Source: an uncultured Actinomycetes bacterium
Lineage (GTDB): Bacteria > Actinomycetota > Thermoleophilia > RBG-16-64-13
Direction of reading: 5' to 3'
Length of the DNA: 64,000 nt
Assembly: GCA_963841735.1 (NCBI GenBank)
Contig: CAWJDT010000001.1
Span: forward strand, 896,001 to 960,000
The translations under genes were made by a program, and so were the position numbers. Positions 9,949 to 18,094 of this stretch are shown here, piece by piece. The stretch's first letter is position 1; the number at the start of each line of letters is the position of its first letter. The notes under the pieces were generated by a model. It was not told the origin of the DNA. It saw only the letters and a program-made list of their open reading frames with translations, and did no database searches.

Positions 9949-11549
9949 CCCTCTCGCGCTGACGGCCTGCCGTCCCGGCTGGGGCGGCGCTTGTGTGTAT
10001 CGCGTGAGGGGACCTTGCCGCCACAGATGACGATGCCAAGAGCTGTTATCTCGGCGCGGGCGAGCAGTTGTCTCACCTGCACCGCTTCGGCCGCGGTCTC
10101 CTTGCCCAGTGTGCTTGCCAGGACCACGGCATCGACCGACTGGGCAAGGATGAGCGAGTCGGACGCCATCAGCATGGGCGGCCCGTCTACGATCACATAG
10201 TCGGATATGCCCTGCAGGTCGGCCAGTAGGTCTCCCATCGCGCTCGACTCCAGGATCTCGTTGGGGCTGCCGGGCAGGATGCCGCTGGTAAGACACAAGA
10301 ACTTTGAGACCGGGGATTCGCGCTCGGTGGACTTGCGGGTGAAGCTGATGCGCGGGCTGACGAAAGGAGCAAGATCGACCGCCTGGATCTTGGCCGACCA
10401 CGAGGCCCCTTGGTCCAGTAGCACATCTCCCAGGCCTTCATCATTGGGGATGCCGAGATACCGGTCGATCGATGGGTTTCGCAGGTCTGCATCGACCAGG
10501 ACCACGCGATCACCCGACAGGGCCATGGTAAGAGCGAGATTGATGGCCAGCGTACTCTTGCCCTCGCCCGGAGCAGCGCTCGTGACCAGGATGCTTCTCT
10601 TTGTCTCTCCGAACCCGAGGACCTTCAGATTCGACCGCAGCATGCGCATGGCCTCGAGCAGGGACTCGTCACCCTCCGGGAAGCCCAGGGTGGGCCGGGC
10701 CGGCGCGGAGCTGATCCCCCGGCCGCGGGGGTATGCGGGCATGGTGCCCAAGACAGGGAGTCCCACCACCCGCTCCAACGTGACGCGGTCCTTTATGCGC
10801 CGGTCGAAGTAGCCCAACAGCGTGACAAGGATCAGGCCTAGGACCAAGCCACCGGCAAGTCCTAGGAGTAGGTTGAAGATGGGTCTGGGAGAGTACGCCG
10901 AAGTGGGGACGAGCGCCTTCTGGATCACCTCGTAGTCGGAGATCTGCATGGAGAGAAACGCGTTCAGGTCGGTCAGTTGCTGCCGGAGGGTCTGACCCCG
11001 CTCCGAATCTGCCATTTCGGCGCCGAGGGCCGCGATGCGGGCCTCAAGCAGGCCCCGTGCTTCGGTCAGCGCTTCTGTGATGATCTCCCCGCGTTCGATA
11101 ACAAACAGAGCGGCAAACGCGTCTGCGATCTCGGCAGCGCGGCCTGGATCGGCGCTGACCGCCGTCACGCGGATCTCGGCGCTCACGGCGTCGGCCTCGA
11201 CCTTGATCGCGGACCGGAGATCAGGGGCGGCGGCGGCGCCTCCCATGGCCTGGCTTACCCGTGCGGCAAAATCGGAGGTCTGCAGCGCCAGTGCGTCGTT
11301 GGATATGTTGTGTTTAAGCTCCGCAGTCCCCGCGGAGACAAGGGCCTGGGATGCGACCTCCGCGTCCCGGTCCGAGTAGCGGAGCTGAGTTGTAGTCTTG
11401 TACTGGGGATCGAGGAGCAGGGAGACCGCGAATATCAGGCCACCGACCACGATCATTGTGAAAACCACGGCCCACCAGCGCTCGCGTATTGTGGCGACAA
11501 GCCGGTAGAAACGGCTGTCCCCCGCGTCGCTATCGATGAGTGCGCTCAT
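9945..11549 (-). CDS. Polysaccharide co-polymerase / BY-kinase fusion (Wzc, CapA-CapB type), copy A
   Basis: Two TMs flanking an extracellular domain, ExxRxxR (EAMRMLRSNL), Walker A PGEGKST, A' LVDADLR, B IVDGPP; no C-terminal Tyr cluster. Confidence 0.9.
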   Translation of the reverse strand: MSALIDSDAGDSRFYRLVATIRERWWAVVFTMIVVGGLIFAVSLLLDPQYKTTTQLRYSDRDAEVASQALVSAGTAELKHNISNDALALQTSDFAARVSQAMGGAAAAPDLRSAIKVEADAVSAEIRVTAVSADPGRAAEIADAFAALFVIERGEIITEALTEARGLLEARIAALGAEMADSERGQTLRQQLTDLNAFLSMQISDYEVIQKALVPTSAYSPRPIFNLLLGLAGGLVLGLILVTLLGYFDRRIKDRVTLERVVGLPVLGTMPAYPRGRGISSAPARPTLGFPEGDESLLEAMRMLRSNLKVLGFGETKRSILVTSAAPGEGKSTLAINLALTMALSGDRVVLVDADLRNPSIDRYLGIPNDEGLGDVLLDQGASWSAKIQAVDLAPFVSPRISFTRKSTERESPVSKFLCLTSGILPGSPNEILESSAMGDLLADLQGISDYVIVDGPPMLMASDSLILAQSVDAVVLASTLGKETAAEAVQVRQLLARAEITALGIVICGGKVPSRDTHKRRPSRDGRPSAREG

Positions 11550-11587
11550 CGTCTCTTAGTTCTCCCTCTGTCCATGCATGTTAATGA

Positions 11588-11614
11588 TTATCGGACTTCC
11601 GGCGTATCTCTAAA
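11588..11614 (-). promoter_or_regulatory. Putative sigma28 (FliA/WhiG)-type promoter for BY-kinase A
   Basis: Minus strand TTTAG-N14-TCCGATAA, about 40 nt upstream of the start at 11549. Confidence 0.45.
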
Positions 11615-11659
11615 GCGCGGTGCGAGGAGGAGTTAACGGGTCGGTCTCAAAAGACATAG

Positions 11660-11686
11660 TGTGGTTTTCTCCGCATCGGCCGATAA
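11660..11686 (+). promoter_or_regulatory. Putative sigma28-type promoter for the BY-kinase B operon
   Basis: Perfect GCCGATAA at 11679-11686, about 70 nt before the start; -35 poor. Confidence 0.4.
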
Positions 11687-11757
11687 TTCGTCTGACTACG
11701 CTCCCGGTGTGAGGCCGGAAGTGGGGGCATAATACTCCGGGCCGTCAAGGAGAGATA

Positions 11758-13317
11758 GTGGACAAAGACGAACGCCGACCTATAGGTACCGTGTTGTGGC
11801 GGCGGAGATGGATCATCATCGCCGCGGCGCTGATCGCTCTGGGCACCGCGATGGCCGTGTCCTTGATGCGGACTCCGCAGTATCGAGCCGAGGGGACGCT
11901 GGTGCGCGATCAGAGTTCCATCGGTGTCAGCCTCTTTGGTATGTCCGTCTATCAACCCGAGGACGCTCAGCGAGAATTGGTCACCACTGCCGGGCTGTTG
12001 ACTTCGGCGCGAGTCGCGGCCTTGGTTCGTAAAGACACCGGCATCGAACTCTCCGCAGGGAAGCTGCTTGCCATGGTGGCGGCCAAGCCCTCCACCGAGT
12101 CGAGCACGATCAAGGTCGAGGTAGTGGGCCCCGATCCTGGGGAGACTGCGCAGTTGGTCGATTCGTTCGCCAACCAGACCATCCTCCTCCGTCAGGAAGC
12201 CAACCGTGCTGCGCTCGCCGATGCCCGGCAGGCTCTGCAGGCTTCTATCGCTCTGATGACGCCGGCCGACCTGGAGTCGACGCAGGGCCAGGAACTGCGG
12301 GACAGGGTCGAGCAACTCAAGATCCTGGAAGAAGTGCAGACGGGGGGCTACTCGCTTTGGCAGCCTGCAGAAGTGCCATCGTCGGCCATTTCTCCCAGGC
12401 CGGTAAGGGATGCGATCGCGGGATTTGCCGTGGGGTTGGTCTTGGGACTGATCTTGGCGGTGGTTCTCGACCGCGTCGACCGGAGGCTCAAGGAACAGGG
12501 TGATTTCGAGCGGGAGTTCAGCCTTCCCATTTTGGCGGCGGTTCCCCAGGTGGCCAAGAGATGGAAACGGGGAGCAGAAAGCTCCAACGGTTTCGTGGGC
12601 TTCGCCGATTCGAACGCTCCCACGCTCGAAGCCTTTCGCCTGCTTCGCTCCAATCTGCAGTACTTCGAAGTCGAACGAGGGCTCCGCAGTATCCTCGTGA
12701 CGAGCGGGTTGCCGCAAGAAGCCAAGACTGTCACCACGATCAATCTGGCCTTCAGCCTTGCCTTGTCGGGGGAGAGGGTCGTGCTGATCGACAGTGACCT
12801 TCGCAACCCTTGGATGCACAAGTATCTGTACTTGGACAACAGTGCCGGGCTTTCCAACGTTCTGGCGGGCAGCATCCAGGTGGAGCAGGCCATCAAGGTT
12901 GTGAAGATCGCCGGCTTTCTGCCGCGTGCCGACCAGCACGCGCACAACGGCGAGTTGTCCGGCAAGGGTTTGGACAAGGACCTCCTATGCCTCACTTCCG
13001 GTCCACTCCCGCCGAACCCAGCCGAGCTCCTCGCTTCGCCTCGCATGGGCGATATCATCAAGAGCCTGACGGCTGTGGCCGATCACGTGCTCATCGATTC
13101 GGCACCCCTGCTGCCCGTGGTGGACTCGGTGAGCCTTGCGCCGAGAGTCGATGGGGTGATTGTTGTGGCCCGGGTGGGTAAGACAACCATCGATCAGGCC
13201 CACGAGGTCAAGAATGTCCTTGAGCGGGTGGGAGCCAGACCGGTGGGATTGGTCATCTCGGGCATCAAGGCCGGCGGGCGTGGCTACGAGCGGGGCTACT
13301 ACCAGAAAGACAGCTAG
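11758..13317 (+). CDS. Polysaccharide co-polymerase / BY-kinase fusion, copy B (altered Walker A)
   Basis: Two TMs, EAFRLLRSNL, Walker A PQEAKTVT, LIDSDLR, LIDSAP, C-terminal GYERGYYQ Tyr cluster. Confidence 0.9.
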   Translation: MDKDERRPIGTVLWRRRWIIIAAALIALGTAMAVSLMRTPQYRAEGTLVRDQSSIGVSLFGMSVYQPEDAQRELVTTAGLLTSARVAALVRKDTGIELSAGKLLAMVAAKPSTESSTIKVEVVGPDPGETAQLVDSFANQTILLRQEANRAALADARQALQASIALMTPADLESTQGQELRDRVEQLKILEEVQTGGYSLWQPAEVPSSAISPRPVRDAIAGFAVGLVLGLILAVVLDRVDRRLKEQGDFEREFSLPILAAVPQVAKRWKRGAESSNGFVGFADSNAPTLEAFRLLRSNLQYFEVERGLRSILVTSGLPQEAKTVTTINLAFSLALSGERVVLIDSDLRNPWMHKYLYLDNSAGLSNVLAGSIQVEQAIKVVKIAGFLPRADQHAHNGELSGKGLDKDLLCLTSGPLPPNPAELLASPRMGDIIKSLTAVADHVLIDSAPLLPVVDSVSLAPRVDGVIVVARVGKTTIDQAHEVKNVLERVGARPVGLVISGIKAGGRGYERGYYQKDS

Positions 13318-13328
13318 GCCGGCAGGAG

Positions 13329-14789
13329 ATGGGTAGCCCCGGCCTCCCGACACCCCAAGGATCCCCGCTGGCCCGGCTCCGCGAGCCTGAGCCGTGGTTG
13401 TGGGCGCTGGCAGCTCTGGGTGCTGCCGTTGGAGGGGTTGCCGCCACCCGCATCTCGAGCGGGCTCGTTGCCGGTTTCTTTGTGGTGGCGCTTGTGGTGG
13501 TCGTCTTCCTGTGGCGGTCCCAGGATCCCATGGTGCCCCTGCTACTGCTTGTGGCGGCCATGCAGGGTGGAGTCCTTCTGCAGCTATCTCTCGGGGGCGC
13601 CCCGGTTTCCACGCTCATGCCCTTTTTGGGGGGATGGACTCTGTTGGCGGTGCTGATCGATCAGCGGTCGGCTGTGCGCTCTCTCCCGGTTTCGCGCCAT
13701 GGAAGGTGGTTGGTGCCTTCTCTCGTCGCGCTCGGCGTAGTCGTAGTCCTGACCGGTCTTGCGCAAGTGTGGAGGTCGGGGGGGCGCACGCTTGGGCCCG
13801 TAGAGATCCTCACCCTCGTACAGCTTGGCGTGTTGGTCGTGTTGGCCGGCTATCTGCTCGGCACTCCAAAGAGAGTGATGCTGATGGCCTACGTGACGAT
13901 CGCCAGCGGAGCAGTGGTAGCGGTGGTCGCTTTGGCGGAGCAAGCCGGTCTGCTGACCTTCGGAACGGCGACCGCCGGAGCGGATTACACGCGAGCGTCA
14001 GGTCTTTTGGAGGACCCGAACTACTTCTCCCTCCAGCTACTCATCGCCCTGGCCTTCGCCATCCACATAGCGGTAGCCGCGAAGTCGAACCTGCGGAGAG
14101 TGGTCATGTGGTTGGCATGCGCTCTCATCACGGCGGGCATAGTAAGTACCTACTCGGCGGGAGCCTTGGTTGGGGTGGCAGCCTTGGCCGGCACCACGGT
14201 CGTGCTCCAGTACAAGGCGTCCGCCCAGCGTGCCCTCGTTGCTCTGGCAATCATGGCAACTGTGGCGGGTGTGGTGGCGGTCACGGCCCCGGCCGAATAC
14301 GGGGAGGCAATAGGGGCGAAGTTCAGTGGGTTGGCCGGATCATCGTTCGAGAATATTGGGACCAAACGAGGCGCGGCCTGGCAGGCTGGTGTGGCCGAGG
14401 TAGTGCATAACCCTGTCTTGGGAACCGGCCTCAGTTCCGAGAACGAAGCGATAGCCATTGCTGAGTACTACACTCTGTACACCACGGACCGCAAGGCGGC
14501 GCACAACATGTACATCGCCATGGCTGTGACGACCGGGGTGTTCGGGCTTGCCGCGCTCCTGGTGATTCTGGGGTCGTGCTTTTCGGTCTTGTGGTCGGCA
14601 CATTCGCGGGCGGCGGAGTCGGGTGATTCGGAGGCAGCTGTTGCCGCCGCGGGTGTGCTCACCGCTCTGGTTGTGATTGCGACACAAGGTCTTCAGCTCG
14701 ATACGCAGTTGGTCAAGTACACGTGGCTGATCATCGGAGCGTGTATCGGTGTTCGGCGCTGGAATATGGGCAAGGCTGCTGAGAGATGA
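13329..14789 (+). CDS. O-antigen ligase/polymerase (Wzy_C family) membrane protein
   Basis: About 12 TMs; RASGLLEDPNYF, TYSAGA, R..AW..G....NPVLGTG, AHNMY motifs. Confidence 0.85.
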   Translation: MGSPGLPTPQGSPLARLREPEPWLWALAALGAAVGGVAATRISSGLVAGFFVVALVVVVFLWRSQDPMVPLLLLVAAMQGGVLLQLSLGGAPVSTLMPFLGGWTLLAVLIDQRSAVRSLPVSRHGRWLVPSLVALGVVVVLTGLAQVWRSGGRTLGPVEILTLVQLGVLVVLAGYLLGTPKRVMLMAYVTIASGAVVAVVALAEQAGLLTFGTATAGADYTRASGLLEDPNYFSLQLLIALAFAIHIAVAAKSNLRRVVMWLACALITAGIVSTYSAGALVGVAALAGTTVVLQYKASAQRALVALAIMATVAGVVAVTAPAEYGEAIGAKFSGLAGSSFENIGTKRGAAWQAGVAEVVHNPVLGTGLSSENEAIAIAEYYTLYTTDRKAAHNMYIAMAVTTGVFGLAALLVILGSCFSVLWSAHSRAAESGDSEAAVAAAGVLTALVVIATQGLQLDTQLVKYTWLIIGACIGVRRWNMGKAAER

Positions 14790-15961
14790 GTCAAGACCGA
14801 ATGCGCGCCGTGATAGTAGATCTTCTCTGCAACTCGCCCTTCTATGACGCGGCTCTTGTTGCTGCGCTTCGCCAAAACGGCGTCGAGGCTGAACTCGCCA
14901 GCCCCCAGTTCCACTTGGAACGAGACTACCTCGATCCATACCCGCGCTCTCCGTGGCTCGTTGACCTTGCGGTTCATCTCAACCGTCCTCGGGCGGTCAG
15001 ACTGGGGGCTCGAGCGGTCGAAATATCGGCCAACATCGCTCGCCTGTGTCACGCGATCAGGGCGGGAAGGTATCAGGTCGTCCACTTGGAATGGATACCC
15101 CTGGAGGACCGTCAGACCTTCTATATGCGGCTTCTCCGCAGGGCGTGCGACCGGGCGGGAGTGCCGCTTGTTCTTACGGTTCACAACGTGTTGCCTCATG
15201 ACTCACCGGCCGCCAGCCGGGAGGTGATCCGTCGGAACCTCGATCTCGCCCATCTTGTGATTGTCCACACGGATCACGTGGCTCGCCAGCTGAAGGACCT
15301 TCTGGCAATTCAGGTGCCGATCACGGTCGTGCCCCACGGAGTGATGTTTACCGACACGGATCTGTCGAGCAAAGAGAACGCCATGAGGGATCTGCAACTC
15401 AGGGGCGACCCCGTGGTGCTTTTCGCCGGGTCGGTGAGACCGTATAAGGGTGTCGATCTGCTGACGGAGGCTTGGCCGTCTGTGCGCTCGGCGTTCCCTG
15501 ATGCCGCGCTCGTCGTCGCCGGGAGCGCGTCTGGCGAGGAAGCCCGGGCCCAACTCCACAGTCTTGCCAGACTGCCGGGGGTGCGGGTCACCGACGGATA
15601 CGTGCCCATGACGGTGATGCTCAACTACTACGCAGCGAGCGACTTGGTGGTGTTCCCGTATAGGTCGATTTGGCAATCCGGCGCCCTGATGGCGGCTGTG
15701 GGCTTAGGGAGACCTTGCGTGGTGACGCCTATCCCGGGCTTTGTGGAGCAGGCGGCGACGCTCAGGTCAGTCGCCTTCGCGGAAGCGGTGAGCAGCGCCG
15801 CGATTGCCCGAGCGACGATCTCCGCGCTACAGGATCGGGCCGGTCTCTTGGCTGTTGCCGCCGAAGATCGCCGCCGGGTCGTCGAGTCGCCCCTGGGTTG
15901 GTCGAGTGTCGGGCGCGTGACCACGCTGGCGTACGAGAGAGCTATCGCCGGTCCAAGATAG
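14786..15961 (+). CDS. Glycosyltransferase family 4
   Basis: TVHNVLPH, FAGSVRPYKG, VVFPYRSIWQSGAL. Confidence 0.88.
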   Translation: MSQDRMRAVIVDLLCNSPFYDAALVAALRQNGVEAELASPQFHLERDYLDPYPRSPWLVDLAVHLNRPRAVRLGARAVEISANIARLCHAIRAGRYQVVHLEWIPLEDRQTFYMRLLRRACDRAGVPLVLTVHNVLPHDSPAASREVIRRNLDLAHLVIVHTDHVARQLKDLLAIQVPITVVPHGVMFTDTDLSSKENAMRDLQLRGDPVVLFAGSVRPYKGVDLLTEAWPSVRSAFPDAALVVAGSASGEEARAQLHSLARLPGVRVTDGYVPMTVMLNYYAASDLVVFPYRSIWQSGALMAAVGLGRPCVVTPIPGFVEQAATLRSVAFAEAVSSAAIARATISALQDRAGLLAVAAEDRRRVVESPLGWSSVGRVTTLAYERAIAGPR

Positions 15962-16061
15962 TCTGCATCCCGTAGCTTTCCCGCGGCTTTCCCGCGGCCG
16001 AGCGAAGGGTCCAAGCCCGGGAGCGGCCATCGCGCTTGCATCCCTCAAGTAATCCTCACAC

Positions 16062-16089
16062 TCAAGTAATCGCCGGTTTCTGTCGATTA
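16062..16089 (+). promoter_or_regulatory. Putative sigma28-type promoter upstream of the riboswitch
   Basis: TCAAG-N15-GTCGATTA; implied start site falls just before the riboswitch P1; CTCAAGTAATC is directly repeated at 16044 and 16061. Confidence 0.5.
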
Positions 16090-16114
16090 CTTATCCTGTA
16101 AGAAGAAACTAGCC

Positions 16115-16193
16115 ACTCACGAAAAGGCATACCCGTCGCGAGGCGGGGGCGCAAAGCCACGGGACTCATGTTGAGTCAGCCGGGTTGCTGAGT
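16115..16193 (+). ncRNA. c-di-GMP-I (GEMM) riboswitch
   Basis: ACTCA-CGAAAA-GGCATACCCGTC-GCGA-GGCGGGGGCGCAAAGCCACGGGACTCA-TGT-TGAGTCAGCCGGGTTGC-TGAGT: P1 ACTCA/TGAGT, GNRA tetraloop, GCAAAGCC core, G20/A47/C92 equivalents as in the Vc2 aptamer. Confidence 0.9.
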
Positions 16194-16255
16194 CTCCGGT
16201 ACCAGCCGTTGGGCGCTGCCTTTTCTGATGGGCTCCCAGCACTGGAGACGAGGCT

Positions 16256-17926
16256 GTGGGTACGAAGAAGAACAGGGCAAGAGCGCGACGCATTCTCCGC
16301 GGGGCAGCGCTACTGGTTTCGCTGGCAATCATTCTGACGATTCTTATCATTCCCCCCGCCGGGGCTCAGGCAGCCTCAAGCTCCCAGACACCAGGGTGGA
16401 CGTCGTGGTGGGCGGCATCGAATACGACCGTGGCCGCGGCTCTGGAAGGGGCGACGCGCTACCAGGATACGAATGCAGGCCTCATCTTTAGTGGGCCTTG
16501 GCGGCTTCTAAAAGGGGCGGAAAACTCAGGGGGGGCCATCAAGTACGCTTGGACGCCCGGCGCCTCGGTGACCATTGGCTTCAACGGCACGAGTCTCACT
16601 TGGGTGGCCAAGACCGGTCCCATCTACGGCAAGGCCCGGGTATCGGTTGACGGAGGCGCTTTCGTGTCCGTCGATCTGTACAACGTGAGGACACGCAGCC
16701 AGCGCCCGGTCTACAGCACGGGAACCTTGGCCGACGGGCTACACACTGTGCGGATCGAGTGGACGGGGCAGAAGAACTTCATGGCGAAGGGCAGCTCCGT
16801 GAACATCGACGCGCTCTATGTGAAGGGCTCACTTGCCAATACGGAGACTGTCGAAGCGATCAAGGCCCTTAGGACCTTCAAGGCTCGGCGGCCCGTCACG
16901 GCTACCACCACCAGGCCCACCACGACCACGACGACTCCGGTCATCACGGTTACGACGATGGCTCCTGTGACTACGACTGCGCTGGCCCCCACGACCACCG
17001 TGCCGGCCCCTGCAACCACGACCACCGTGACTGCCCCTACAACCACGACCACCGTGCCGGCCCCCACAACCACTGTGCCGGCCCCCACAACCACTGTGCC
17101 GGCCCCCACAACCACTGTGCCGGCCCCTACGACCACAACGGTCCCAGCCGCAGTCAGGGCAACCTTTAACCTCCAGGCTGCCATAGACGCCGCCGCACCG
17201 GGTGCCACCATCACCATCCCGGCGGGTACCCACACCGGTCCCTTCCAGATCGCGCACAAGACCGGGCTCACCTTGCGGGGATCGGCAGAAGCGGTTTTGA
17301 AGGCCACCAATGCGGACGTTCTTGCCATCATCGACTCGGCGGATATTACGCTCGACGGTTTCACGATAGTGGGCAACTACTCCCTGCGTGGACAGAAGGG
17401 CGTGTTAGTGGCCGGTCTGACCGGCGGAGTCTTCCGGAACCTTACAATTCGTGATGTCGGCAACTCCGGTATCTACGCAAACGGGGTGTTCACCAACATC
17501 GTGATCTCCGGGTGCAATATCACTCACTGTGGTGATTTCGGCATCCACTTCCAAGCCGGAGGCGACGGTGTGCTTATGGAGAACTGCATCCTTTCCGATT
17601 TCGCCTCCGTGCTCTATCCCGGTCATGGTATTTATGCTAAGAACTCCAAGAACGTGACCATCAGGAACTGCGAGACCTCCGGCGTCAAACACCTGACCGC
17701 CAACGGCGACGGTGGCATTCAGATCACCAATTGCACGAACGCCCAGGTCATCGACTGCTCCGCCTACGGCAACGAGAAGTACGGATTCATCGTCGATGGA
17801 GGAGTAGCGACGTTCATCCGCTGCCAGGGGCAGAACAACGGTGTGACGGATTTCTACGAGTGTGGCTGTGCTACCCCGTCGACTTACACCGGTTGCACCG
17901 GGTCAATCAGCCGCTACCCAGGTTGA
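16256..17926 (+). CDS. Secreted protein: beta-sandwich carbohydrate-binding-like domain, Thr/Pro linker, right-handed parallel beta-helix (pectate-lyase-like)
   Basis: Signal peptide ending AGAQA; FNGTSLTWVAKTGPIYGKARVSVDG..VDLY domain; VPAPTTT repeats; LQAAIDAAAPGATITIPAGTH followed by beta-helix repeats. Confidence 0.8.
   Translation: MGTKKNRARARRILRGAALLVSLAIILTILIIPPAGAQAASSSQTPGWTSWWAASNTTVAAALEGATRYQDTNAGLIFSGPWRLLKGAENSGGAIKYAWTPGASVTIGFNGTSLTWVAKTGPIYGKARVSVDGGAFVSVDLYNVRTRSQRPVYSTGTLADGLHTVRIEWTGQKNFMAKGSSVNIDALYVKGSLANTETVEAIKALRTFKARRPVTATTTRPTTTTTTPVITVTTMAPVTTTALAPTTTVPAPATTTTVTAPTTTTTVPAPTTTVPAPTTTVPAPTTTVPAPTTTTVPAAVRATFNLQAAIDAAAPGATITIPAGTHTGPFQIAHKTGLTLRGSAEAVLKATNADVLAIIDSADITLDGFTIVGNYSLRGQKGVLVAGLTGGVFRNLTIRDVGNSGIYANGVFTNIVISGCNITHCGDFGIHFQAGGDGVLMENCILSDFASVLYPGHGIYAKNSKNVTIRNCETSGVKHLTANGDGGIQITNCTNAQVIDCSAYGNEKYGFIVDGGVATFIRCQGQNNGVTDFYECGCATPSTYTGCTGSISRYPG
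17054..17127 (+). repeat. 21-bp coding tandem repeat (VPAPTTT)
   Basis: GTGCCGGCCCCCACAACCACT x3 perfect plus a partial copy, with degenerate copies upstream. Confidence 0.93.
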
Positions 17927-17973
17927 GCTATTGCGTCCCGACCATCTAGTCGGTCGAGAAACCGTCCCCAACC

Positions 17974-18015
17974 GTCCCCCTTCGGAAGCAGAGTGCCGGA
18001 GGGGGACTTTCCTTT
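17974..18015 (+). terminator. Intrinsic terminator after the beta-helix gene
   Basis: GTCCCCCTTCGG-N10-CCGGAGGGGGAC followed by TTTCCTTT. Confidence 0.7.
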
Positions 18016-18094
18016 ACAATAGAAGGCCAAGCATTCGGGAGCGGGGCCATCCTATTGGGAGGGACATGCACCGGCCGGCACTCACCACTGCACG

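Noticed and set aside
16115-16193. 3',3'-cGAMP (GEMM-Ib) variant riboswitch
   Set aside because: The specificity position equivalent to Vc2 G20 is G, not A
17054-17127. Regular repeats as a possible CRISPR array
   Set aside because: No spacers, in-frame 21-bp coding repeat, no cas genes
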